Assembly: GCA_900759015.1 (NCBI GenBank)
Contig: CAAEUE010000003.1
Span: 7,122-71,121 of the forward strand
Origin: Clostridia bacterium
Lineage (GTDB): Bacteria; Bacillota; Clostridia; TANB77; CAG-508
Length of the DNA stretch: 64,000 bases
Reading direction: 5' to 3'
Shown: one piece after another, positions 37,999 through 47,904 of the stretch
Layout: each line of letters starts with the position of its first letter
Numbering within the stretch: the first letter of the stretch is position 1
Program-made: the position numbers and the translations under genes
Notes under the pieces: generated by a model
What the model saw: only the letters and a program-made list of their open reading frames with translations
What the model was told of the DNA's origin: nothing
The model's database searches: none

Positions 37999-39981
37999 AT
38001 GCAAAAGATGATAGAAAGTGAAGTTTTTAAGAGGTATCAATTACCAATAGAAGAATTACGACCAAAAATAATTGATACAATAGTAGAAGTTTATGGAGAA
38101 AGACACAGGGAGCAAATAGAAGATAGATTAAATAATTTGTATATAAATGCATATGTTACAGCCGAGGATGTTCAAAATGATTATAATACAAAAAATAGCC
38201 ATTTTGTATCAATGCTATCAGTAAAATTTTTACGAAATATAGGAATAGAGGTTTCAAAAGAAACAGAAGATGAAGTGTATAAAAGAGGAACTTTTGCTTT
38301 GACAGAGGAACATAAAGATGTTTTAAAACAATATTTCGGAACTTCTAATTATACTGACTATGGAAAAATTTTTTCATTTGATGATGAATTAATAAATTCG
38401 GAAAACGAATATAAAAATAAAATGCATAAATCCAATAGATGTGAAATTTTAAAAGCTATGGGTTTAGAAATTTCACCAGAAAACTATGATGAAGTTATAC
38501 AAACTAAGCAAGGTCAAGAATGCTTAAATAGGGCAATAAATATATACAAAGTAGCTACAGACTGTAGAGGCGATTTTGATAAATTTCAAGAAGAAAATAA
38601 GGATTATATAGAATATTTAGAAAAAGTAAAAAAATATGAACAAGAATTAAAATTTAAATACATGAAGCAATATGCAACACAAATAGTGCCTTATTGTGAT
38701 AAAGAACTTGGAGCTAAAATAGAAGAGGCATTAGCTAAAAATTATACTTCAGATTATAGATTTACACAAGATGTAGATAAAGATGGAATATATATTGCAA
38801 GATATGGAGATCCGTTAATTTTTTCTTTTTCAGATGATGCAGAAGAAAAATTAGCTAAAGATAACTTTGAGTCTATGCGAGTAAAATCAGCTAGAATAAA
38901 ATATTTTAAAGCCAAAGGATTAGATTTAGGTAATAATTATGAGGATTATGAAAATAGCGAGGAAGCAAAAAAATTATTGCCTGACAAAGAACTGGTAGAA
39001 ACATTATATAAAATAAAAAAAGACGATGACAAAGAAATGGATATGGAGTTCTTTTTAAATACTGGAAATTACGAATCTTGTAAAAAGAATATATTATCAC
39101 AAGGTATAAAAATACAAGATAGTTTTAGTAAAGAATTTGTCGAAAATGGTGTAACATGTATAGTTCCGAATGTTAGACAAGATGACAATGGAAATTACCA
39201 ACTGTTTAATATAGTTCATCTTCCATTAGTTAAAATTTTAAGGGATTATAAAGATGTGCAGATAATACATGAATTATTACATACTGTAGAATCTAGCATG
39301 AAACAACTTTCGAAAGATGAAATATATTTTAAATTTGGTTTTGATGAAGCAGTAGAACCGATATGCCATAATGAAGATGAACTAATTGTAGACGATAGGA
39401 AAAGTGATCCAAATGAGCCAAGAAGAATATATGAATTATTATCTGAAAATTTACATCAAGAATTAGCAATTGAAGTTACCAGAAAACTACATGAAAAAGG
39501 AATATATTTGTATGGAGACCAAAAACTGGCTAGAGAAACTGGAGCGACTACGTACGAGCGTTATAATGTTATAACTATAAATTTTCAAAAAAAATATAGA
39601 GAAGAAATAATTGATGGAATGATGGAACCTACTAGAGATGGAATAATAGATGTTGTTGGAAAAGAAAATTTTGAAAATTTAAATTCAACTGTAAATGAAT
39701 ATGCTGGGTTACCATATTATAATATGATGGATGACGTTTTGGCTAAAAGAGACACAGACCTAACAAGGAAAAGGATAGAACTTGCTAATAGAGGTAAACA
39801 AATAGTAGTAGAAGACATGAAAGCATATGAACAAACTAGAGAAAAATATAGAATATCTGTCCAAAAAATAGGTAAAACAACAGTACATAGGTCGCTACAA
39901 AATAAAAGAAATGCAATGCAAGCACTTACATATGATGAGACTAAAGTTTTGGAAGGAGAACAATTAAGAAATGAACAATAA
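37999..39981 (+). CDS. unknown-function protein (660 aa) with HExxH motif (IIHELLHTVE)
   Basis: Long ORF, AAAGGATG start context, zincin-like HELLH. Confidence 0.5.
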   Translation: MQKMIESEVFKRYQLPIEELRPKIIDTIVEVYGERHREQIEDRLNNLYINAYVTAEDVQNDYNTKNSHFVSMLSVKFLRNIGIEVSKETEDEVYKRGTFALTEEHKDVLKQYFGTSNYTDYGKIFSFDDELINSENEYKNKMHKSNRCEILKAMGLEISPENYDEVIQTKQGQECLNRAINIYKVATDCRGDFDKFQEENKDYIEYLEKVKKYEQELKFKYMKQYATQIVPYCDKELGAKIEEALAKNYTSDYRFTQDVDKDGIYIARYGDPLIFSFSDDAEEKLAKDNFESMRVKSARIKYFKAKGLDLGNNYEDYENSEEAKKLLPDKELVETLYKIKKDDDKEMDMEFFLNTGNYESCKKNILSQGIKIQDSFSKEFVENGVTCIVPNVRQDDNGNYQLFNIVHLPLVKILRDYKDVQIIHELLHTVESSMKQLSKDEIYFKFGFDEAVEPICHNEDELIVDDRKSDPNEPRRIYELLSENLHQELAIEVTRKLHEKGIYLYGDQKLARETGATTYERYNVITINFQKKYREEIIDGMMEPTRDGIIDVVGKENFENLNSTVNEYAGLPYYNMMDDVLAKRDTDLTRKRIELANRGKQIVVEDMKAYEQTREKYRISVQKIGKTTVHRSLQNKRNAMQALTYDETKVLEGEQLRNEQ

Positions 39982-40405
39982 TTATTCTAAAGCATATGTA
40001 GAAGTATTAGAAATTTTAAAATATATTCCAAAAGAAGACTTAAAAAAAATTCCAAAAGATATAATATTTACTTTAGAAAAATGTGCAGATAAGGAGCATA
40101 TCTTTAGAATTAATAAAAGTATTCCTTTTGAAGAACAGAATTTAATGGAAGAAACAAAAGATATACTAGCAAACTTTTTTAGAGATTATTGGGCAACTGA
40201 TTTTCAAAGAGAGCAAATTTTGATAAAAGAAAAACAAGATGAGTATGAATTAGAAGAGAATAAGATAAAAATTAATTATGATGAAGTATTTAAGAATAAA
40301 AAGACAGAAGAAAAACCAAAAACAGAATTAACAGTACTACCAGAAAAAAAGTGGTATGAGAAGTTTTTGGATTATATAAAAAAAGTATTTAAATTAAAAA
40401 AATAG
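39971..40405 (+). CDS. unknown-function charged/coiled protein (144 aa), overlapping the upstream gene
   Basis: ATG overlaps the stop of the 660-aa gene by 11 nt. Confidence 0.4.
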   Translation: MNNNYSKAYVEVLEILKYIPKEDLKKIPKDIIFTLEKCADKEHIFRINKSIPFEEQNLMEETKDILANFFRDYWATDFQREQILIKEKQDEYELEENKIKINYDEVFKNKKTEEKPKTELTVLPEKKWYEKFLDYIKKVFKLKK

Positions 40406-40483
40406 AGATTTTGTTTAAACAAAATCTCTATTTTTAAGAATTAGCACCTAAGCTAATAGATTTATTACAAATACATATTAAGG

Positions 40484-40569
40484 AAAAAAGAATGTCTCTA
40501 AATCACGAGTGCAAAAAAAGAATGTTCCTAAATACAGAGGAAAAAAAGAAACGTTCCTCAATCCTTAAT
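40484..40569 (+). repeat. tandem triplet of ~28-bp units derived from the REP right half (AAAAAAGAA-t/c-GTTCCT-c/a-AAT-c/a-C...)
   Basis: Units at 40484-40512, 40513-40540 and 40541-40569, ending 3 nt before the spoVAD stop. Confidence 0.55.
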
Positions 40570-40571
40570 AA

Positions 40572-41576
40572 TTAAATTTCTATGCTAACTGCGTGTGCGA
40601 TTCCAGGAATGCTTTCACCTTGCTGAGTAGAAGTAGAATTCATTAAAGCTCCAGTTGCAATTAATAATATTTTTTTGTATTTTTTAGTTTGTAACATATT
40701 AAATAAATAACCAGAAAATACTGTACCACAACAAGCGCATCCACTTCCACCAGCATGTGTATCTTGGGTCGCCTTGTCAAAAATTAAAACTCCACAATCA
40801 TTGTAGTTAGATTTTATATTGAATCCTTTAGTCTGTGCAAGTTCAATTAATATTTCTTTACCAACATGTCCAAGGTCACCTGTTATAATTGCATCATAAT
40901 AACTTGGCTTTCTACCAGTATCACTAAAATGTGTAATTAAAGTATCTAAAGCAGCAGGAGCCATCGCAGCACCCATATTATTACCATCTTTAATTCCCAT
41001 ATCTATAATTCTACCAGGAGTAAAATGTGTTACAAAAGGTCCTGTTCCAGCAGAAGATAAAATTGCAGCACCAGAGCCAGTAACCGTCCATTGTGAAGAT
41101 TGAGGTCTCTGGTTTCCAAGTTCCAATGGAAATCTAAATTGTTTTTCTGCACTACAAAAATGACTAGAAGCAGCACAAATAACATTATCAGCAGCACCAC
41201 CATCAATAAATACAGAACCTAATCCTAAACCTTCAACAAAAGTAGAACAAGCACCAAAAATTCCTATAAATGGAATGTTTGAATCTCTAAGACCAAAACT
41301 AGAAGAAATACATTGGTTTAATAAATCACCAGCAAAACAATAATCTATGCTAGAAATTGGAAGATTAGATTTTTTTACCGCAGAATAAACAGTTTCTTTT
41401 AATATTTTACTTTCGGCTTTTTCCCAAGTCTTTTCTCCCCAGAATTCATCTTCTAAACATTTATCAAAATATTTAGCAAGTGGACCTTCTGCTTCTTTTG
41501 GACCAACAATACTTGCTGTATCTAAAATAGTAGGAGGCTTAGTAAATTTAATAGTTTGTTTCCCTAATTTTTCCAA
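40572..41576 (-). CDS. spoVAD: stage V sporulation protein AD
   Basis: 334 aa with thiolase/KAS-III-like fold. Confidence 0.75.
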   Translation of the reverse strand: MEKLGKQTIKFTKPPTILDTASIVGPKEAEGPLAKYFDKCLEDEFWGEKTWEKAESKILKETVYSAVKKSNLPISSIDYCFAGDLLNQCISSSFGLRDSNIPFIGIFGACSTFVEGLGLGSVFIDGGAADNVICAASSHFCSAEKQFRFPLELGNQRPQSSQWTVTGSGAAILSSAGTGPFVTHFTPGRIIDMGIKDGNNMGAAMAPAALDTLITHFSDTGRKPSYYDAIITGDLGHVGKEILIELAQTKGFNIKSNYNDCGVLIFDKATQDTHAGGSGCACCGTVFSGYLFNMLQTKKYKKILLIATGALMNSTSTQQGESIPGIAHAVSIEI

Positions 41577-41588
41577 AAAATCATCTCC

Positions 41589-42053
41589 TTATGCTAAAGT
41601 AATACCTTGTGTATTAAAAATAAGATATATGATACCAACAATAATAGAACTACAAATTCCAAAAACTAATACAGGCCCAGCAATAGTAAACATTTTGCTA
41701 CCAACACCCATAACATAACCTTCAGATTTAAATTCTATTGAAGGTGCAACAATAGAGTTAGCAAATCCGGTAATAGGAACTAAAGAACCTGCACCTGCGA
41801 ATTTGCCTATTTTATTAAACATATTTAAACCTGTTAAAAAGGCGCTAATAGCTATTAAGATAATAGAAACGATTGTACCAGAAGTTGCTTCGTCTAAACC
41901 ACGAGCTTTACATATAAGAGAGATAATTTGACCAAAAGTACAAATTAAACCTCCAACCCAAAATGCATTAAAACAATTTTTAAAAATCGGCGAATTAGGA
42001 GATTTTTTATCTACATATTCCTGATATTTTTTTTGAGTTTCTATAGGTTGCAT
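41589..42053 (-). CDS. spoVAC: stage V sporulation protein AC
   Basis: SpoVAC family (VGGLICTFGQI...GAGSLVPITGFAN). Confidence 0.75.
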   Translation of the reverse strand: MQPIETQKKYQEYVDKKSPNSPIFKNCFNAFWVGGLICTFGQIISLICKARGLDEATSGTIVSIILIAISAFLTGLNMFNKIGKFAGAGSLVPITGFANSIVAPSIEFKSEGYVMGVGSKMFTIAGPVLVFGICSSIIVGIIYLIFNTQGITLA

Positions 42054-42066
42054 ACAATACTCCTTT

Positions 42067-42321
42067 CTACATAGAAGAATGGTCTATATAAAATGTTAAC
42101 TCTATTTCTGCAAAATATTCAGAAATTTTACCATCCTGAATACTTGCTGTTTGATCAATTACCTTTACTTCTGATATATAATTAATTGTTTTTGAAGCTT
42201 CACTAATAGTTTGCACAATTGCATCTTTCCAAGAAATGTTAGAAGAACCTCTAACACGAATATGTTTTTCTACAGTCATTACACTACCTCCTATAAATAA
42301 AATTAATAATATTTTTTCCAT
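42067..42321 (-). CDS. dodecin-family small protein; true start probably the internal Met (MTVEKHIRV...)
   Basis: Dodecin-like motifs HIRVRGSS..SWKDA...ASKTI.NI..V.V......I.DGKI.EY...IELTF. Confidence 0.4.
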   Translation of the reverse strand: MEKILLILFIGGSVMTVEKHIRVRGSSNISWKDAIVQTISEASKTINYISEVKVIDQTASIQDGKISEYFAEIELTFYIDHSSM

Positions 42322-42395
42322 TTAATTTAATTTTATACAGATGGATGATATAATATAAAAAAGAATTGGGAGGGACGCTCCTTTTTTCCTTTTTC

Positions 42396-42422
42396 GGGAT
42401 TTGGGGACGTTCCTTAAATCCC
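42396..42422 (+). repeat. REP copy: GGGATTTGGGGACGTTCCTTAAATCCC, preceded by a partial unit (GGGAGGGACGCTCC)
   Basis: Exact consensus. Confidence 0.8.
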
Positions 42423-42452
42423 GAAAAACATGAAGTGAAAGGAATACATATA

Positions 42453-43754
42453 ATGAAAATTGATTTTGCGCGAAATATTGCATTAAGAATTCTGTATGAA
42501 ATAAATACAAAACAAGCTTATTCAAATATAGTTTTGGATAAATATATAAATTCAAATAGGGAAAAATTAAACAAGCTAGATATAAATTTTATATCAGAAT
42601 TAGTTTATGGTGTTGTAACTTGGAAATTATCATTAGAGTATATAATTCAAAAATATTCAAAAATAAAAATAAAGAAAATGTCTGATTGGGTAAAAAATAT
42701 TTTATATTTAGGCGGTTATCAAATAATATTTTTAGATAAAGTACCAAAATCAGCAGCTGTAAATGAATGTGTTAATTTATGTAAGAAATATAATTTTAAA
42801 TCAGTTGGATTGGTTAATGCAATTTTAAGAAAAATAGATAAAAATGATTATGAAGAAATTGATCATATAACTAATATTATTACAAGAATAAGTTTAAAAT
42901 ATTCTATGCCAGAATGGATTGTAAGAAAATTTTATGAAGAATATGGAGAAGAACAAACAGTTAATATTTGCCAAAATTTAAATTTAAGACCTAATATAGC
43001 GGTTAGGGTAAATAGGATGAAAAATAAAATCGAAATAGGAGAAAAAGGAATATTAGATGATTTTAGAATAATTACAGGAACAAAAAATATTACCAAAACT
43101 AAAGAATATATAGAAGGATATATAACTATTCAAGATGAAGCAGCAGGTTTAAGTAGTTTTATTTTAGATCCAAAAGAGGGTGAAAATGTTTTAGATGCAT
43201 GTAGTGCACCTGGTGGAAAAACCACTTATTTGGCAGAGATTATGAACAATAAAGGATGTATTATAGCATGGGATATTTATGAAGAAAGATTAAAACAAGT
43301 AAATCAAAATGCTAAAAGATTAGGCATTGATATTATACAAACAGAAGTAAATGATGCTACAAAATTAAAAGAAGAATATATAAATAAATTTGATAAAATA
43401 TTGTTAGATGTTCCATGTTTGGGCTTAGGAGTAATTAGAAGGAAGCCAGATATAAAATGGAACAGACAAGAAAGTAATATAGAAGAAATTTCTAATATCC
43501 AATTTAACATATTAAAAATATGTTCTAAATATTTAAAAGATGATGGTGTTTTAGTATATTCTACTTGTAGTATGCTAAAAGAAGAAAATGAGAAAATAAT
43601 TGAGAAATTTATAAACGAAGAGGACTTTGAAACAATTAATGTAGATCAAAAGATTCCAAGTGAATTTTCTAAAATAACTACTAATAATATGGTTCAATTT
43701 TTACCAAGTAAAAATCATGATGGATTTTTTATAACAAAGTTAAAAAGAATATAA
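42453..43754 (+). CDS. rsmB: 16S rRNA (cytosine967-C5)-methyltransferase RsmB/Sun (NusB-like N-domain + SAM methyltransferase)
   Basis: DACSAPGGKT SAM motif and PCLGLGVIRRKPD catalytic region. Start trimmed so the REP element is not translated. Confidence 0.7.
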   Translation: MKIDFARNIALRILYEINTKQAYSNIVLDKYINSNREKLNKLDINFISELVYGVVTWKLSLEYIIQKYSKIKIKKMSDWVKNILYLGGYQIIFLDKVPKSAAVNECVNLCKKYNFKSVGLVNAILRKIDKNDYEEIDHITNIITRISLKYSMPEWIVRKFYEEYGEEQTVNICQNLNLRPNIAVRVNRMKNKIEIGEKGILDDFRIITGTKNITKTKEYIEGYITIQDEAAGLSSFILDPKEGENVLDACSAPGGKTTYLAEIMNNKGCIIAWDIYEERLKQVNQNAKRLGIDIIQTEVNDATKLKEEYINKFDKILLDVPCLGLGVIRRKPDIKWNRQESNIEEISNIQFNILKICSKYLKDDGVLVYSTCSMLKEENEKIIEKFINEEDFETINVDQKIPSEFSKITTNNMVQFLPSKNHDGFFITKLKRI

Positions 43755-43765
43755 GGGGATATAAA

Positions 43766-45730
43766 ATGAAAAAAAGGATACTTAAAATATTTATATTTTT
43801 AATTGTTATACTAGTATTTTATATAATATTTCCAAAGGACAGTTTTGCAGCAAGTGCAGTTTTAAATAAATTAACTTTTAATGCAGAATTAACAGAGCAT
43901 GGCGATATGACAGTTGTAGAAGATTGGGATGTTACATTAAGTGATGCAACAAGTATATATAAAAGTTTTAAAAAAGATATGTCAAAATATTTTGGAGTAG
44001 GAGGTTTTCAGGTATACGAAATAAAAGATGGACAGCAAATACCATTAAATAAAGGTTATGCTGGTCAAGAAGGATATTATCAGATAATAGAAAATAGTGA
44101 TAGTACAGAAGTGTCATGGGGAACTGGAACAGTAGGTAAAAAGGTAAGAAAGAAATATAGATTAGCATATAATGTTAAAAATATTATTACTAAATATAAT
44201 GATTGTGCAGAATTATATTGGCAATTTCTAGGAGATGGTTTTTCTATTCCCGCCAAAAAAATTACTGGAACAATATCGATTCCAGATAAAATAGACCATA
44301 AGTCACAAATAAAAGCTTGGGGGCATATAAATAGTATGACTGGTTCAATTAGAATAAAAAACAAAAATACAATAACATTTAATGTTTCTCATTATAGTGC
44401 AAATCAATTTTTGGAAGTAAGATTATTATTACCACCTAATATAGTACAAAATGAAAATAGATATCAAAATATAGCAATGAAAGATAAAATAATAAACGAA
44501 GAAAAAGAATTTGCAAATGACTCAAACAAATATAGAATTTTAAATACTATTTTATTAATTGGAATAATTGCATTATATGTATATATTATCATATATGAAA
44601 TTAAAAAAATAAGAAAATTAAGAAATAAATTAAAACAAATAAAATTATACAATACTAAATATGAATATTTTAGAGAAATTCCAAATGAAGATTCTTCTCC
44701 AGGAAGAGCTGCTTTTTTATTAAATTCTAGTTTTCAAGTTGAACATGGAGACTTTAATAAAATATTTGCAGCAACAATATTAGATTTAAAATATAAAGGA
44801 TATATAGATATAAAAGAAAAAGTATTAAAAAATGAAACAATTCAGTACATAGAATTATTAGATAATACTAAAACATATAAAGGAAAACAAAAATATATAA
44901 AAACAGAAATTAAAGAATTATCAAAAGATGAAAATATGATTTTAGATTATATAATTAGTCTTACAAATGAAGAAGGAATTTTACCGATAACAGATATAAA
45001 TGGACACATTAATTATAATGATGCAAATAAAAGTGAATTTATAGAATTAGCTAGTAGTGTATATAGTAAAATAGAAGTTATAGAAACATTAAATGGAAAT
45101 GTAAGAAAAGTGAATAGTGAAAAAAGAAAAAGAATTCATGGTGAATATTCATGGGACATTAGTGTTAACATAGGAATAATTATATTAGTATTTGCTTTAA
45201 CATGGTTTTTCTTAAATTTATTATTTATGATTATTGCAATTTTACCAATTATTTCTTTAGTTTTATTATATAGAATTAAGAGAGTAACATATTACTTAAG
45301 TGAAAAGGGATTAGAAGAAAGTCAGAAATGGCAAGGATTAAAAAAATATTTAGAAGACTATTCTTTATTAAATGAAAAAAGAACTAGAGATTTAGGGTTA
45401 TGGGAACAATTTTTAGTTTATGCAACAGCTTTTGGAATTTCTGATAAAGTAATAGAAGAAATAAAAACAGAAATTAAACAAAATGATGATAAAAAAGATG
45501 ATGATTCAATTAGTATATATGAAATAAAGAGTGATTTAAGAATGCTAGAAAATTTGGTACTAAATATAAATATAGATTTTTCACAAATAATATCAGAATT
45601 GTATTTGAATTCATCAATTGATTTAGCTTCAGCAAGTTCTTTTATAATGTCATCTGGTTTAGGTCTTGGTGGAGGATTTTCTCGTGGAGGAGGAAATGGT
45701 GCTGGAGGAGGCTCTGGTGGCGTAAGATAA
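43766..45730 (+). CDS. DUF2207-like membrane protein with C-terminal Gly-rich tail
   Basis: Signal peptide, large extracytoplasmic domain, TM helices, GGGFSRGGGNGAGGGSGG terminus. Confidence 0.5.
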   Translation: MKKRILKIFIFLIVILVFYIIFPKDSFAASAVLNKLTFNAELTEHGDMTVVEDWDVTLSDATSIYKSFKKDMSKYFGVGGFQVYEIKDGQQIPLNKGYAGQEGYYQIIENSDSTEVSWGTGTVGKKVRKKYRLAYNVKNIITKYNDCAELYWQFLGDGFSIPAKKITGTISIPDKIDHKSQIKAWGHINSMTGSIRIKNKNTITFNVSHYSANQFLEVRLLLPPNIVQNENRYQNIAMKDKIINEEKEFANDSNKYRILNTILLIGIIALYVYIIIYEIKKIRKLRNKLKQIKLYNTKYEYFREIPNEDSSPGRAAFLLNSSFQVEHGDFNKIFAATILDLKYKGYIDIKEKVLKNETIQYIELLDNTKTYKGKQKYIKTEIKELSKDENMILDYIISLTNEEGILPITDINGHINYNDANKSEFIELASSVYSKIEVIETLNGNVRKVNSEKRKRIHGEYSWDISVNIGIIILVFALTWFFLNLLFMIIAILPIISLVLLYRIKRVTYYLSEKGLEESQKWQGLKKYLEDYSLLNEKRTRDLGLWEQFLVYATAFGISDKVIEEIKTEIKQNDDKKDDDSISIYEIKSDLRMLENLVLNINIDFSQIISELYLNSSIDLASASSFIMSSGLGLGGGFSRGGGNGAGGGSGGVR

Positions 45731-45874
45731 AATTTAATGTTACGATAATATTACATTAATATTATGTTTAAATTAAACACCTTGACTTTTTTACATAAAC
45801 ATATAAAATATTGTTAGAAGAAAAATGCACAAGTGTTACGCAAAATACTTTTACAAAAGAAGGGAGACGTTTAT

Positions 45875-46294
45875 ATGTTAAATAAAGTAAGAGAAGAAAA
45901 GGGAATAACATTAGTGGTCTTAATAATAACAATAATTGTATTACTATGCTTAGCAGGAGTTATAGTATATTTAGTATTTGGTCAAGATGGATTAACAGGT
46001 AAAGATAATGCATTAGAGGCAGAAAGAGATAAAGCATATGCTAAAGATATCGTAACAATGGCACTAAAAATAGTTGAAAAAGATCAAGAACAAGCTCAAA
46101 TGAATGTTAATGGATTAGTTCAAACAAATAATACAAATCCAGATATTATAGATGAAGTTGTAAAGGCAATAGATAAGTCTTCAAACTTTAAAGAAGGAGC
46201 AGATGGAAGTTCTGTAGAATATGTTACAAATAATGGAGATAAATATGTAGTTACAATAGATACACAAAATTTAAAAGTAAAAGATGTAAATTAA
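45875..46294 (+). CDS. small secreted/membrane-anchored protein with prepilin-like N-terminus (KG-ITLVVLII) but no +5 Glu
   Basis: AGGGAG RBS; class-III-signal-like hydrophobic N-terminus. Confidence 0.35.
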   Translation: MLNKVREEKGITLVVLIITIIVLLCLAGVIVYLVFGQDGLTGKDNALEAERDKAYAKDIVTMALKIVEKDQEQAQMNVNGLVQTNNTNPDIIDEVVKAIDKSSNFKEGADGSSVEYVTNNGDKYVVTIDTQNLKVKDVN

Positions 46295-46397
46295 AATTTT
46301 GTGTGAACTATTATAATTAAAATTGTCAAGTAAATATTTATGTGATAGAATAGGCATATACGTTAGTATATGCCTATAAAAATGTTAGGAGAAAAAA

Positions 46398-46889
46398 ATG
46401 GTTAATTTAATATTTAGTATAATATATTTATTAGTTTTAATAGGTATTGCTATTATAGATAAAAAAGAACATAAAATTTCGAAAAGAATATTATTAATAG
46501 GTTTTGTTGTAGAAGCAATACAAATAATTTATTTATATGTAAATAATAGATTTCATTTACTTGAATACCTAATTTATTTAATAATTTTTATTATATTATT
46601 AATAATAGATACAATTATTATTAGGAAAAAAGGAGAATCATTATATGTACTTCAAGTATTAATGCTTTGTATGTATATGGCAATATTTACAGATAAATAT
46701 ATTTTTGCAATGACTGTTATATTTATGCTAATAACTATAGGTTTATATATTTTAATCGGAAGAATTTCTACAATAAGAAAAAGACGAGTAATTAAAAAAC
46801 AAAATTCTAAAGAACTTGCAAAACTACCAATCGGTTTTTATTTATGCGTAGCTGATATAATTGTTTTAATATATAGTATAATTGCCTAA
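46398..46889 (+). CDS. polytopic membrane protein, possibly a small A24-family (TadV/CpaA-like) prepilin peptidase
   Basis: 5 TM helices; AIIDKKEHKISKRIL resembles the first catalytic-Asp region of A24 peptidases. Confidence 0.3.
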   Translation: MVNLIFSIIYLLVLIGIAIIDKKEHKISKRILLIGFVVEAIQIIYLYVNNRFHLLEYLIYLIIFIILLIIDTIIIRKKGESLYVLQVLMLCMYMAIFTDKYIFAMTVIFMLITIGLYILIGRISTIRKRRVIKKQNSKELAKLPIGFYLCVADIIVLIYSIIA

Positions 46890-46908
46890 CTAGAAAGGAG
46901 CAATAGAT

Positions 46909-47820
46909 ATGAATATAGGAATAGATATAGGTGGAAGTCATATAGGAGTAGGAATTGTAGGTTCAAGTGGAAAGATAATAAATAAAAAAGAAGTAGATAT
47001 TACAGAAAAAGATAAAAAAAATATAGAAAAAATGATTATAAATACAATTATAGATTTTATCAAATCAATTTTAAAAGAGCAGGATATACAGATAAAAGAA
47101 ATTGGATATATAGGTATTGCATCACCAGGAACTATAGAAAATAATTGTATATATAATGTTGTGAATTTAGGACTAGATAAATTAGATATAGCAAAATCTT
47201 TAAAAAAAGAATTTGATTTAGAAATTAAAATAAAAAATGATGCTAAATGTGCTGGAATTGCAGAAAGTATGTATGGTAGTACAAAATCAGCACAAGATAA
47301 TATATATTTATGTTTAGGTACTGGAATAGGTGGAGCTGCATTTTTAAATAACAAATTAGTTGAGCCAAAATATAGATCTGGTATGGAATTTGGGCATATG
47401 ATCATAGAGAAAGATGGTAGAGACTGTAAATGTGGTAGCAAAGGATGTTTTGAAACATATTGTTCAATGAAAGTTTTAAAAAGAGAAATAATAGAAACTT
47501 TGGAATTAGATGAAAATGAAACAAGTGCCAATATTGTAAATGAAATTAGAAAACATATAAATGATTTAAGAATAAAACCTTTAATGCAGGAATACATAGA
47601 GTATTTAGCAATTGGAATATCTAATTTAATAAATATATTTGAGCCCGAAATTGTATGCATTGGTGGAAGTTTTGTTTTTATTGGGGATTTAATTATTCCA
47701 AGATTAAAAAAAGAAATTAATGACAAAGGATTATTATTTAATTCAAGAAAAGATATTGAGATAGTACTTGCAAGTTTAGGTAATGATGCTGGAATTATTG
47801 GAGCCGCAAGCTTATTATAG
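46909..47820 (+). CDS. ROK-family sugar kinase (glucokinase-like)
   Basis: IGIDIGGSHIG N-terminus and ROK zinc motif CKCGSKGCFETYCS. Confidence 0.75.
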   Translation: MNIGIDIGGSHIGVGIVGSSGKIINKKEVDITEKDKKNIEKMIINTIIDFIKSILKEQDIQIKEIGYIGIASPGTIENNCIYNVVNLGLDKLDIAKSLKKEFDLEIKIKNDAKCAGIAESMYGSTKSAQDNIYLCLGTGIGGAAFLNNKLVEPKYRSGMEFGHMIIEKDGRDCKCGSKGCFETYCSMKVLKREIIETLELDENETSANIVNEIRKHINDLRIKPLMQEYIEYLAIGISNLINIFEPEIVCIGGSFVFIGDLIIPRLKKEINDKGLLFNSRKDIEIVLASLGNDAGIIGAASLL

Positions 47821-47904
47821 AAAAAAATTACTTAAATACTTGTACAAATTTTAAGATTGTGATATAAATTATGTATGGAATTTTATAAGAAAGGTGGAAC
47901 ATTT

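Noticed and set aside
42322-42555. Minus-strand 77-aa ORF, and the long 42366 start of rsmB, reading through the REP element
   Set aside because: These translate the REP palindrome (peptide GIWGRSLNP/REP-derived). rsmB has an ATG at 42453 matching the conserved N-terminus, and the minus-strand ORF has no RBS and overlaps it.
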